Source: a virus. From it: 64,000 nucleotides of DNA. Numbering within the stretch: position 1 is the stretch's first letter; every line of letters starts with the position of its first letter. The DNA lies in the IMG/VR virus record IMGVR_UViG_3300036828_000568, positions 11,159 to 75,158 of that record, one strand, 5' to 3'. The position numbers were made by a program, and so were the translations under genes. This document shows, in pieces, positions 55,956 through 64,000 of the stretch. The notes beneath the pieces were generated by a model, which saw only the letters and a list, made by a program, of their open reading frames with translations, searched no databases and had not been told where the DNA came from.

Positions 55956-56625
55956 GTGTTTCTCCCCCTTCCAATACGATGCGTGCACCACTCAACTTTA
56001 CATCACGTGGAGTTCCCCAGTCTATTGGGGTATAGAGTGTTTGCTGAGCTTCTTTTTCACATATCATAAGATCAAACACATGGCTCAAATAAGGTTCTGA
56101 ATATCCTTCACACACCTCCCCTAAAATAGTCATAAACTGTGGGACTGCATCAGGAGCCACGAAGTAAGCACCTCGCACAGCATATTCAGATATCCGTTCC
56201 TTTTCTTTAATACGTGAAAAATTGTGAAGCTTATCAACATAGGAAAAGGCCGGATTAGCACTTCGACTTACCAGCACTCCAATACCGGTACGAAGTTCTG
56301 TTAATAACGAAAGATCATTGGTAGAATTGAGTATATCAGAATCCATTATTAAACATGACTGAGGGCCTATGGATTCTAAAACCTTCTTGGTAGTTTCTGC
56401 GGGACCCTTTGTATCAACAATTTGAACCCATCCTCGACTACACTTATATCGAGGAGGAACTGCTGCAACTACATGTATCAATTCCCAAGGAACTGTATGA
56501 ACTACATGTTCAATCATTGGCATAGTTGTGCCTTGCCACATGATATCAATAAACGGTTTGGGAGTCATGTATCCATCTTCCCGAAACCTCTTGCTCTGTC
56601 CAGCCGCTAGGATAATCACATGCAT
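55933..56625 (-). CDS. nucleotidyltransferase (NTP-transferase family)
   Basis: IILAAGQSKRF...PKPFI; D.DI; KEK; DWGTP. Confidence 0.8.
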   Translation of the reverse strand: MHVIILAAGQSKRFREDGYMTPKPFIDIMWQGTTMPMIEHVVHTVPWELIHVVAAVPPRYKCSRGWVQIVDTKGPAETTKKVLESIGPQSCLIMDSDILNSTNDLSLLTELRTGIGVLVSRSANPAFSYVDKLHNFSRIKEKERISEYAVRGAYFVAPDAVPQFMTILGEVCEGYSEPYLSHVFDLMICEKEAQQTLYTPIDWGTPRDVKLSGARIVLEGGETHVYDKCG

Positions 56626-57292
56626 TTTCTAACTCCTTGCTTACCCTGGTTGCCCATTGGGTCGCGCTGTCAAAGATATCCCTTTTAGCGATTCGTTGTA
56701 AAGCGACCATTGCCCAGAAGACTGCTCTTCTTGCAGTATCATAGTCCTGCATAAAATTAGGCCATTCATATGATATCTTTTCATGACCACGTAGTACGAC
56801 TTCCCACCCAAGAAAAGACTGAAGCATTTTACCATGATCTACTGCCACTATGCTCGGTTTCCTTAGCCATAGTTTTGGGATAGGGTCAATTAACCTCATG
56901 AACCCATCCTTTGTTATCATTACATTATCCAGTGTTGGGTCCCCATGTATTAAGGAACGGCTCCATACATGCTGTTCCAAAAATCTTTCTAACACTAATA
57001 AGGAATCAAAATTATGCTCAATAGGATACAAATACTCCATGCAATAAGCACCGTCGTATACCATAAGGATCTTTGGACAAACGTGTTCCCCCAAATATCC
57101 CATGAACCGGGCTTGATCCTCGGCATATCCTGGTGGGCGCATTCTTTTGAAGACAGCCACACAGATTTCTGCATCACTATACCCATGCATTTCTGTTGCG
57201 AAATGGGGCGTAGGAACGTAGTCTGCCTTGTATTTTAGCGAAATCTCAGCTAACTGCCGTAGCTTCGATTTGAGCTCGGTAGCGTCGGCCAT
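56546..57292 (-). CDS. APH/choline-kinase-like phosphotransferase
   Basis: HGDPTLDNV, LIDP, D.GK.LQS. Confidence 0.8.
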   Translation of the reverse strand: MADATELKSKLRQLAEISLKYKADYVPTPHFATEMHGYSDAEICVAVFKRMRPPGYAEDQARFMGYLGEHVCPKILMVYDGAYCMEYLYPIEHNFDSLLVLERFLEQHVWSRSLIHGDPTLDNVMITKDGFMRLIDPIPKLWLRKPSIVAVDHGKMLQSFLGWEVVLRGHEKISYEWPNFMQDYDTARRAVFWAMVALQRIAKRDIFDSATQWATRVSKELENACDYPSGWTEQEVSGRWIHDSQTVY

Positions 57293-58058
57293 CCTCTAGT
57301 GCCTTCTGCCACTGAACTATCACCTCTACCCTTGGCGTACTCGCCTTATACGCACGTTCTACAGTAGAAACATAGCTTGGAAATAGTTCCTTCAGTTTAT
57401 GAGCTTCAGCATTTGAAATTTCTACTGTGCGTTCAAAACTAGTTCCACCCGGTTTATCATATCCACGCTGGTCCACGACCGTTGTGTGATACACCGCATT
57501 AGGATAACCCTTCACCAATAACTGCAACGCCAATTCCATATCTTCCCGCAGCGCAATTCGCCGGAAAACGCATTCCTTTATGACCACCGGTAGATAGTAT
57601 CCTAGAGCATAGCACATCTTACCGGGTGATTTCCAGCCGACTTCTTCTAGCTGGTTATTTCCTTGCCGCTGACCAAATCCTGCATGTGGTGTTTCTGGGC
57701 TAAGTCTTTCAGCAATACGTTCGAACTCTGGTATTAATTCTTCGCCTTTTATTTCCCGTAAGTGCCAATCTGTTTCACTAATACGGGTGGCAAACCGCAA
57801 GTCATCATCTAACATAATGATCTTTTCTTCCCCACGCCTATGAAATTCCTCTAATATCCAGGCACGTTTATCACCAATTTTCATATCTGGATCAGGTTGT
57901 GGGATGTATTCTGGCACGCCAGAAACATATTGAGCTGATAATTTAAAGATTTCTTTCTTTGGGGCGACAATGGTAGTTTGTTCCCTCAGTACCTTCGGCA
58001 ACATGCTGAGGGTTAACTGCTGGTCTGTACGACCGCGAGTTGGTATTACTATCCGCAT
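57246..58058 (-). CDS. GT-A fold glycosyltransferase (TET-associated/GREB1-like)
   Basis: IVIPTRGR, MLDDDL, EDMEL.LQLL..G, PGG.S. Confidence 0.75.
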   Translation of the reverse strand: MRIVIPTRGRTDQQLTLSMLPKVLREQTTIVAPKKEIFKLSAQYVSGVPEYIPQPDPDMKIGDKRAWILEEFHRRGEEKIIMLDDDLRFATRISETDWHLREIKGEELIPEFERIAERLSPETPHAGFGQRQGNNQLEEVGWKSPGKMCYALGYYLPVVIKECVFRRIALREDMELALQLLVKGYPNAVYHTTVVDQRGYDKPGGTSFERTVEISNAEAHKLKELFPSYVSTVERAYKASTPRVEVIVQWQKALEDGRRYRAQIEATAVS

Positions 58059-58120
58059 TTTAAGTGGCCTCTATGTTTACCCTAACATGGTGGAATTCAC
58101 TTTACAAGTTCAAAGGCAGT

Positions 58121-58867
58121 CTACCCACAGTCTATACCACCTTGACGCATTGCTTCCTTCCATTTATACTTAACATGACGTGGCCCTGGATCTACAATGC
58201 CTCCCCAATATTGCTTGAGTAAATTGTGAGCCTCATCAAGGACCTGTTGATTGCGCCAATCACTGCAACCTCCGGGGCGGTCGGACTTACTCATCTTACT
58301 AAATTCTGTACTGACAGCGGTTTTTATCCCCCGTGTGAGAAATTGTAGATGCACATCGTGCTCTTCATCATGTGGCACACGAAAAGCAGGCCATGGATCT
58401 GGGAATAAATCCCGATTGTATCCGTGGATATCATTAAACCGAGTACATTCTTTGAATTCCCTAGGGGTAAGATGGCTCCATGCCTTATCTACCAGACCTA
58501 CCATGGGGTATCTGTCTAGTAGATCGAACATGGCCCCGATCATACGTTCTGTGGCTTCTATTTCGTATGGCTGAATACGGGCAAATTTTGAATCTGATAG
58601 ACGTTGGTAGAAGGCAAGGTCATCATCTATCATAATTACCTTACCGGTATTTCGCATGTGTAGAATAAACTGTCGGGTGGGACCAATACCATATGCATCA
58701 CATGGTGTGATATGAACATCCGGAAAAGCTTCTTGGTACAATTCTACTTGTTCAGGTGGAACTACAAGTGTCACGTAATGCCATAGCCGTCTAGAAAGAT
58801 TCATAAGCGACTTTTGCTTGTAGTGCCTGGACCGGGAAGGAATCACAATCTGTAGATCACCGAACAT
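58121..58867 (-). CDS. second GT-A fold glycosyltransferase paralog
   Basis: IVIPSRSR, MIDDDL, EEHDV.LQFL..G, PGGCS..R; start re-assigned using the GGAGG RBS. Confidence 0.75.
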   Translation of the reverse strand: MFGDLQIVIPSRSRHYKQKSLMNLSRRLWHYVTLVVPPEQVELYQEAFPDVHITPCDAYGIGPTRQFILHMRNTGKVIMIDDDLAFYQRLSDSKFARIQPYEIEATERMIGAMFDLLDRYPMVGLVDKAWSHLTPREFKECTRFNDIHGYNRDLFPDPWPAFRVPHDEEHDVHLQFLTRGIKTAVSTEFSKMSKSDRPGGCSDWRNQQVLDEAHNLLKQYWGGIVDPGPRHVKYKWKEAMRQGGIDCG

Positions 58868-59768
58868 TTGGCCCTCCATGTTTGAACGTTTGTCGGGGGC
58901 GACCCCATCCATTGGCTGTCTTCGTATACTTACTCCATTCACAAAGACAGTTTTGTAGGTCTTGGTTGTGCAGGCGTTCCATTCCCATGCTATTCAGCTT
59001 TGGGTTTATCCGATTGCTCAATAGCGTAAGTTCTTGCAGCCATTGACCCTTCGGCCATGGTTCCTCCATAGGACGTTCTAATACAATGTTCAAACCGCGC
59101 ATACTTCCCGGTCCAGGAGTAGCCCAAGACCACCAATCTTTTGCTTCTTGCATGAATGGTAGATACTTGAGGTCTGCTACAAGCTGTCCAGTCATAAAGC
59201 TTCCCAGACCCTCATTCTGTAACCATTCAAACATTTCACATAGCAATGGAGAATGCGTTTGCCATGCTTCAAACGTCCTTCGCCAGCTCTTTTGAACACA
59301 CCATTGATGAATGTAGTGGCAGACGCCTTCTCCTTTAGGAAACCCTGGCTTCCCGGTGATGATAAAGGAACCGGTTACATGAGGAGTGGGAAGTTTTAGT
59401 ATAAGATCTGTTAGTATAGTAACATCATTGTGATTAATATACTTTTCAAATACAGATTCGTTATCAAGCAGAGGTTCATTAAAAAGAGCATCACAAGTGC
59501 TAATACGATTAAACCAACGATAGGCCACCGTCGCAGGAAATACGATAGCATCCTCGGTATATCTGTTACGGATAGATCGCTGATAATGTTTGGATACAGC
59601 ATCGTCTTCCCTATGTACATTTGTGAACCTATATTCTTGTAGAATAGGGTCTTTAGTCCATGGCGGTGGGTCACTTCTTTCAAACCTGCGAAACCGTATG
59701 GTTTCGCGTTCGAATATAAAAGCCACGAATCTGTCTATGGGGTCATTGATTTCTGTGATGTGTACCAT
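58857..59768 (-). CDS. 5-hmdU DNA kinase-like protein (aGPT-Pplase1 family)
   Basis: ERE.IR..R...PPWTKDPIL..YRFTNV.REDD; G.FM..Q.VADL; GPGS.RGL; QN.LCE.SKY. Confidence 0.8.
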   Translation of the reverse strand: MVHITEINDPIDRFVAFIFERETIRFRRFERSDPPPWTKDPILQEYRFTNVHREDDAVSKHYQRSIRNRYTEDAIVFPATVAYRWFNRISTCDALFNEPLLDNESVFEKYINHNDVTILTDLILKLPTPHVTGSFIITGKPGFPKGEGVCHYIHQWCVQKSWRRTFEAWQTHSPLLCEMFEWLQNEGLGSFMTGQLVADLKYLPFMQEAKDWWSWATPGPGSMRGLNIVLERPMEEPWPKGQWLQELTLLSNRINPKLNSMGMERLHNQDLQNCLCEWSKYTKTANGWGRPRQTFKHGGPNVR

Positions 59769-60166
59769 GGCACGAACTTTAGGATTTCCTTAGGGTCGAA
59801 GCGAGGATCAGACCAGTTGCCATTGAATGGTATACAACGATCATCTATTGTGATGAACGCACTTGGCTTTTCTGCCACGAAACGTAGTCTTTCTGCCAGA
59901 GTACTATCTGGTCCTGCGTGTTGTTTAACATAGTGATACATGGCAAGTCTACCATCTGCATCAGAAGATCGAGCAGAAAATATGCAAATGTCAAAGTGTA
60001 CTAGAGCAGTTTCTAACCATTCTATTACTCCTGGAACCGGTGGATCCGGTATTATATTAGCACCCCGCCAGCCTGATGTATAGCTATGGACACAGCCATC
60101 GAAATCCAGCAGCAGGATTAGCTTCCCTTGTGGTTTTCGCCGAGGGTCAGTCGAAGAGCTGTCCAT
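59735..60166 (-). CDS. HAD-family phosphatase
   Basis: DFDG..HSY, FSAR, KP...IDDR. Confidence 0.8.
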   Translation of the reverse strand: MDSSSTDPRRKPQGKLILLLDFDGCVHSYTSGWRGANIIPDPPVPGVIEWLETALVHFDICIFSARSSDADGRLAMYHYVKQHAGPDSTLAERLRFVAEKPSAFITIDDRCIPFNGNWSDPRFDPKEILKFVPWYTSQKSMTP

Positions 60167-61706
60167 AGTAATGCCTCTTTTCAGGTTGCACCACGATTAG
60201 ATTTTCATATGTTCTTGTGATTCCGGTATAAAACACTCGTGTTTCCTCATCTCGATTCGTGGAAGCAATTTTTTCTGATGCTTTAGCAGTGTCAGAAAGA
60301 AGAACAACCGTGTCGGCTTGCCCTCCCTTAACCCGATGTATCGTTGAAATGTGGATATGGGGTTTGTCCAAGATACTGAAACCGTTATCGAGTACCTTCC
60401 CAATATATTCAGCGTCTTGAGGTTCAATTTCGGTAAAGACATCTTTCCATTCTCCTTCTGCCAATAGCCCAAAGTCCCGCTTTAATTCAGTCATAGTAAT
60501 CTTAGGAGGTTCAGGCTGGTCAGCTAAACGAGTTAGCAATACCTTGAATCCCCTCTTTATTAACCCTTTCTTTTTCTTATGACCTTCTGATGGTAATAGA
60601 TTATAGATACGAACAGCATCATCAACTGGTATGGGGAACCCTTCATGTAACTGTTTCCATGCATCGATAGCTGTCGCCTGGGTTGGTTTGATGCTCGGGT
60701 TTTCAAAATACCGGTAAAGCAACCCATTCTTCCTACAGAATGGGATAAAATGTTTCCTCAACATTTTTACCGTGCGCCCTAATAACATCACATTACCGAG
60801 GGCAGGATCACATTGGCTTGGGTCTAACTGAGCGATTCCTTCTATAGTTTTATAAGACCCTAGTGCATCTCTTGGGTTCCATTCTTTTTCACGTCGATCA
60901 TATATCTGGGTTATTACTCGATTAGCAAGATGATGAACCTTACGAGGAACCCGGTAACTCTGTTTTAATTGTTGAACTTTTCCGGGCATATGAATAAAGT
61001 GTTCGGAGGCTCCAGCCCATGTGAAAATGGTTTGATCATCATCACCAGCAATATACAATCTTTTCACGTGACGAGCAAGTTGTTGAACCATTATCCATTG
61101 TATTTCACTAAGGTCCTGTGCTTCATCTACCATTAATACATCTAATAGTGGTGGGCTGTCAAGTTTAATGAATTCTTCAAGCATATCAGTGAAGTCATAT
61201 AACCCTTGTTCTTCTTTATAGGCCCGCAGGGCCTTTATCACTCTCCAAGCACGTTCTGAATCTGGTAATGCGTAATCGTACATCGTTAACACTTCTGCTA
61301 ATGGTCTTTTAGTTATGCGCGAAAAGTTTTCAAGGAATAAAATCAGATCATCACCGAAGAAATTAGTATAGGTCCCATCATCGGATGATAAACTACCATG
61401 TAGCTCAAGGCCGTTAGCTTCCCCAAATTCGTGAACTCGTGCGCCGGTAAAAACCTGACTTGTATTGAGCCCCAAGTGTCGAAATGCTGCGCTGTGTAGA
61501 GTATTAAAATATCGGAATTCTTTTCGCTCCAATCTAAACCTATCAGAAGCACGACTAATTGCCTCCTCTACCCCACGTTTGGTGAAGGTCATAAACCCAA
61601 TGCGATCAGGCGGGACACCGTGGGCCATTTCCTGGTCCACGGTATCCAACAATGTGCTTGTCTTACCCGTTCCCGGTGGGCCGAGGAAGATCGTTGGCTC
61701 TATCAT
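60147..61706 (-). CDS. UvrD/Rep-like SF1 helicase
   Basis: GPPGTGKT, TLHS, VDEAQD, GDDDQ, QSYR, TIH.VKG; start re-assigned to MIEPT. Confidence 0.9.
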   Translation of the reverse strand: MIEPTIFLGPPGTGKTSTLLDTVDQEMAHGVPPDRIGFMTFTKRGVEEAISRASDRFRLERKEFRYFNTLHSAAFRHLGLNTSQVFTGARVHEFGEANGLELHGSLSSDDGTYTNFFGDDLILFLENFSRITKRPLAEVLTMYDYALPDSERAWRVIKALRAYKEEQGLYDFTDMLEEFIKLDSPPLLDVLMVDEAQDLSEIQWIMVQQLARHVKRLYIAGDDDQTIFTWAGASEHFIHMPGKVQQLKQSYRVPRKVHHLANRVITQIYDRREKEWNPRDALGSYKTIEGIAQLDPSQCDPALGNVMLLGRTVKMLRKHFIPFCRKNGLLYRYFENPSIKPTQATAIDAWKQLHEGFPIPVDDAVRIYNLLPSEGHKKKKGLIKRGFKVLLTRLADQPEPPKITMTELKRDFGLLAEGEWKDVFTEIEPQDAEYIGKVLDNGFSILDKPHIHISTIHRVKGGQADTVVLLSDTAKASEKIASTNRDEETRVFYTGITRTYENLIVVQPEKRHYYGQLFD

Positions 61707-61890
61707 GTATCTGTTTCCGTTTACGTGAGTAGTGAACATCACCAAGTAGTTTCATAAATCCGTGGACAGACATACTTCCTCTTGCCTTTTGTCCTCTTCT
61801 TATGAAAGAATCTAACGAATCTGGTTTAAGACATCTTTCTAGAGCATTGTAAATGATCGCAGTCACTCTTTCACTGTCTAGATCTGACAT
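61663..61890 (-). CDS. hypothetical protein
   Basis: TAATG coupling to the upstream ORF. Confidence 0.45.
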   Translation of the reverse strand: MSDLDSERVTAIIYNALERCLKPDSLDSFIRRGQKARGSMSVHGFMKLLGDVHYSRKRKQIHDRANDLPRPTGNG

Positions 61891-62066
61891 TATATGAACC
61901 CTATCTTTTTTGCAAGCCATTCAGGCATGGTGAATGTTCCATCACCATTATCTTCAACTAAGGACTTGGGAACCCACTCCTCTTTGTCACCATCAAAGAG
62001 GAGATAGGCTCTGTCCGTTTCATGCCGCTTTTCAGCGGCTATTTCTGTTAACCGGGGATCGCCCAT
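61890..62066 (-). CDS. 58 aa conserved alphaproteobacterial phage protein (not in ORF track)
   Basis: hand translation MGDPRLTEIAAEKRHETDRAYLLFDGDKEEWVPKSLVEDNGDGTFTMPEWLAKKIGFI. Confidence 0.7.
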   Translation of the reverse strand: MGDPRLTEIAAEKRHETDRAYLLFDGDKEEWVPKSLVEDNGDGTFTMPEWLAKKIGFI

Positions 62067-62072
62067 AGGACA

Positions 62073-62870
62073 TTAGAAGGGGATTTCAGACTCTGTACTC
62101 CCCGCCTCTTCGTGCCTTGCATCGGGAGCTGCGGCTTTCTTTTCACCCTTACGAACTGCCATGCATAAGGCTTTGGCTTCGCTGTATTCAGTCTTATTCA
62201 CAAATCCTTCATCCTGGAACTTAAGACCGAACCACTTGCCGATAGCGTTGCTCGCAGGAATCGTGGTTAACCGGTATTTCCGGCTGAAGCTCGGCAAGAA
62301 GTCATTGGTTTGGGGATGCTTAAACTGTTTGTAGAAGGTGTTCCATTGCCGAGCGAAGGTATGTTTTGTCCCACTACATGGAAGAACGTAGGGCTGTCCG
62401 TCCACAAGCAAGAAAAATTCCCTTGTGTCCTGGATTACGTTCCCATTTTCACCACGAACAAGGACTTGCTTTTCACGACCATCATCCCCGCGTACCATAC
62501 TGGTCTTCATATCAAGGGGCGGGGCATCATGTCTTGCAACAAATCCCTGCCGGTTAGGAAGCCACTCGATCCATGTGCGCTGCATTTCACATGGAATCAC
62601 AATGATTCCTTCTTCGCCGTTTTTGATAGGTTCTAGGGCATTTCGCAGCCAAAAGTCACCCGGTTCGGCTCCCTCGATGTGATTATCCCCACGCTTGTCA
62701 ACAGCCGGGGAATTTGTCTGGAGGACATATATAAGAGGAAGTAGTTGGTCTTCAGGCTTGAAGCTGATGCCCATTCCGGCATCGCCCTTGGTAACTTCCA
62801 TTAAGTCGTCTGGAAGTTGAGCTTTGCTCGTAGTCAACGCTGTGCTGGACTCTTTCGGTTCTTTAGCCAT
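62073..62870 (-). CDS. putative single-stranded DNA-binding protein
   Basis: LQ..SP, GA.PGD, EW.P...G.V..H; acidic tail ending ESEIPF. Confidence 0.6.
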   Translation of the reverse strand: MAKEPKESSTALTTSKAQLPDDLMEVTKGDAGMGISFKPEDQLLPLIYVLQTNSPAVDKRGDNHIEGAEPGDFWLRNALEPIKNGEEGIIVIPCEMQRTWIEWLPNRQGFVARHDAPPLDMKTSMVRGDDGREKQVLVRGENGNVIQDTREFFLLVDGQPYVLPCSGTKHTFARQWNTFYKQFKHPQTNDFLPSFSRKYRLTTIPASNAIGKWFGLKFQDEGFVNKTEYSEAKALCMAVRKGEKKAAAPDARHEEAGSTESEIPF

Positions 62871-63005
62871 TGTCATCACTCCTGGTTCCACAGAACTTCT
62901 TCGCCGGGCGCTTACAGTCGCCCCTACAGTTTGAAGCACGTCTATTCGTACTGGCGAAAGATTCTGCTGCGGGTAGCGTAAACCAAAAACCTATAGAGCG
63001 CCACA

Positions 63006-63380
63006 TCAAATATTCTTCAAGTTATCATTTAACGAGCTTTCTGCTATTTTTTCATTAGCAGCTACCCGTTTCACATATCCAGCAATACGCTTCAATCGCT
63101 TGTGAAAGTCTTGTGTCATAGGTAATATCACACAAGCGCACGAATGTTCATAGCTAGAAGCGTGCTCTAGCCATGTATCCCGGGACTTCACACTCCTGCT
63201 GGATTCGACCAGCAATGCCTTCCCTTTCTTGCCTGGTTTTGTCGGAAGCTTCCGTCCTATACACACGTATTCTATAGGATTAAGCCGATTGAACATTTGC
63301 CAGAGGGCCTTGCCTTTCCCTCTACATAGAGGGCAGTTTGGCAATGGCTTCCGCCTCCAGCCGGGTGGCAGGCTGCTCAT
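63006..63380 (-). CDS. hypothetical protein with a Cys cluster
   Basis: CPLCRG; AAGGA RBS. Confidence 0.5.
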   Translation of the reverse strand: MSSLPPGWRRKPLPNCPLCRGKGKALWQMFNRLNPIEYVCIGRKLPTKPGKKGKALLVESSRSVKSRDTWLEHASSYEHSCACVILPMTQDFHKRLKRIAGYVKRVAANEKIAESSLNDNLKNI

Positions 63381-63656
63381 TTTCTGTTCCTTTGGTGGGG
63401 GTGGCCTAGGTGCGCGGGGCGCAATCTAAGCCATGGGCGGCCACGCTAGGGGCGTGGGAGCGCGTCAAATAAGGGTGGGCTGGCCAGCCCGTAGTTCTGC
63501 ATCGTAGCCATCTGGTGCGGCATTCGCGCCGTAACACGTTTTCGTCGCGCAACTACTTCGGTGCAGCTAAAGCATGGGGTGGACCAATTTGGGCTCGGTC
63601 CATTACTACGCTGCAACCCTAGTAAAGCAAAATTGCCTGCGGAGCGCAAGCTCAAA

Positions 63657-63995
63657 TTATTTCGTGTACTTCCTGATGTATTCACCAACCTCCTTGATAT
63701 GTTCAATCAAGGTGTCCCTTGATTTCCTCGCTTCGGCTGGTGATTGGGAATAGATTTCCTTGATAAGATCAACGCAGTGTTTCTGAACCCTCTGAAGCTT
63801 TGATTTGGGTTCAGGACGGGGGTTATTGCTGACAAGCCGTAAGGCGTCATTCACACTTAAATATCGTTGGGGGGATTCCGCAGCTAGCTCTAGAATTTCC
63901 TTACGATTTTCGAAGAGCCTCATCCAACTGCTGGCGGTGCTGTGACTGAATTCAAAGTGTTGCTTCAACCACGAAATCCACTTGCCGTAGAGCAC
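63657..63995 (-). CDS. DUF3102-like protein (probably 5'-truncated by the window edge)
   Basis: GKWISWLK.HF.FS..TA..WMRL. Confidence 0.6.
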   Translation of the reverse strand: MLYGKWISWLKQHFEFSHSTASSWMRLFENRKEILELAAESPQRYLSVNDALRLVSNNPRPEPKSKLQRVQKHCVDLIKEIYSQSPAEARKSRDTLIEHIKEVGEYIRKYTK

Positions 63996-64000
63996 CTTTC

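Noticed and set aside
1-64000. tRNA/rRNA genes, integrase/att sites, reverse transcriptase/DGR, primase, and self-targets of the array
   Set aside because: None recognised by eye; a primase may lie outside the window. An exhaustive spacer-target search could not be done manually, so no target is claimed.

Overview
The window is a large, contiguous piece of a tailed dsDNA bacteriophage genome with a contractile (myovirus-type) tail. The host is probably an alphaproteobacterium (Hyphomicrobiales/Bradyrhizobium-like), inferred from PGP-type PEP-CTERM-like proteins and small conserved genes. Layout: (i) 1-10.1 kb early/accessory region with strong sigma70-type promoters; (ii) 10.2-47.7 kb plus-strand packaging, head, tail, baseplate, fibre and lysis genes; (iii) 47.8-64 kb minus-strand replication genes (SNF2 helicase, VRR-NUC, DEDDh exonuclease, family A polymerase, UvrD-like helicase, SSB-like protein) around a thymidine hypermodification cluster. 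The standout element is at 6745-8518: about 26-27 dual-repeat 36-bp units (two alternating 9-10 bp repeats separated by variable 8-9 bp spacers) that begin at the stop codon of a nuclease-less Nop/IS110-C-terminal-like gene. This architecture matches a TIGR-Tas (TasA-type) RNA-guided system. Other notable items are a 5-hmdU pathway coupled to a kinase, a nucleotidyltransferase and two glycosyltransferases; two PEP-CTERM-like surface proteins; a duplicated tape-measure-like gene; and several protein modules reused across the genome. All family calls come from motif recognition by eye; no database search was run.
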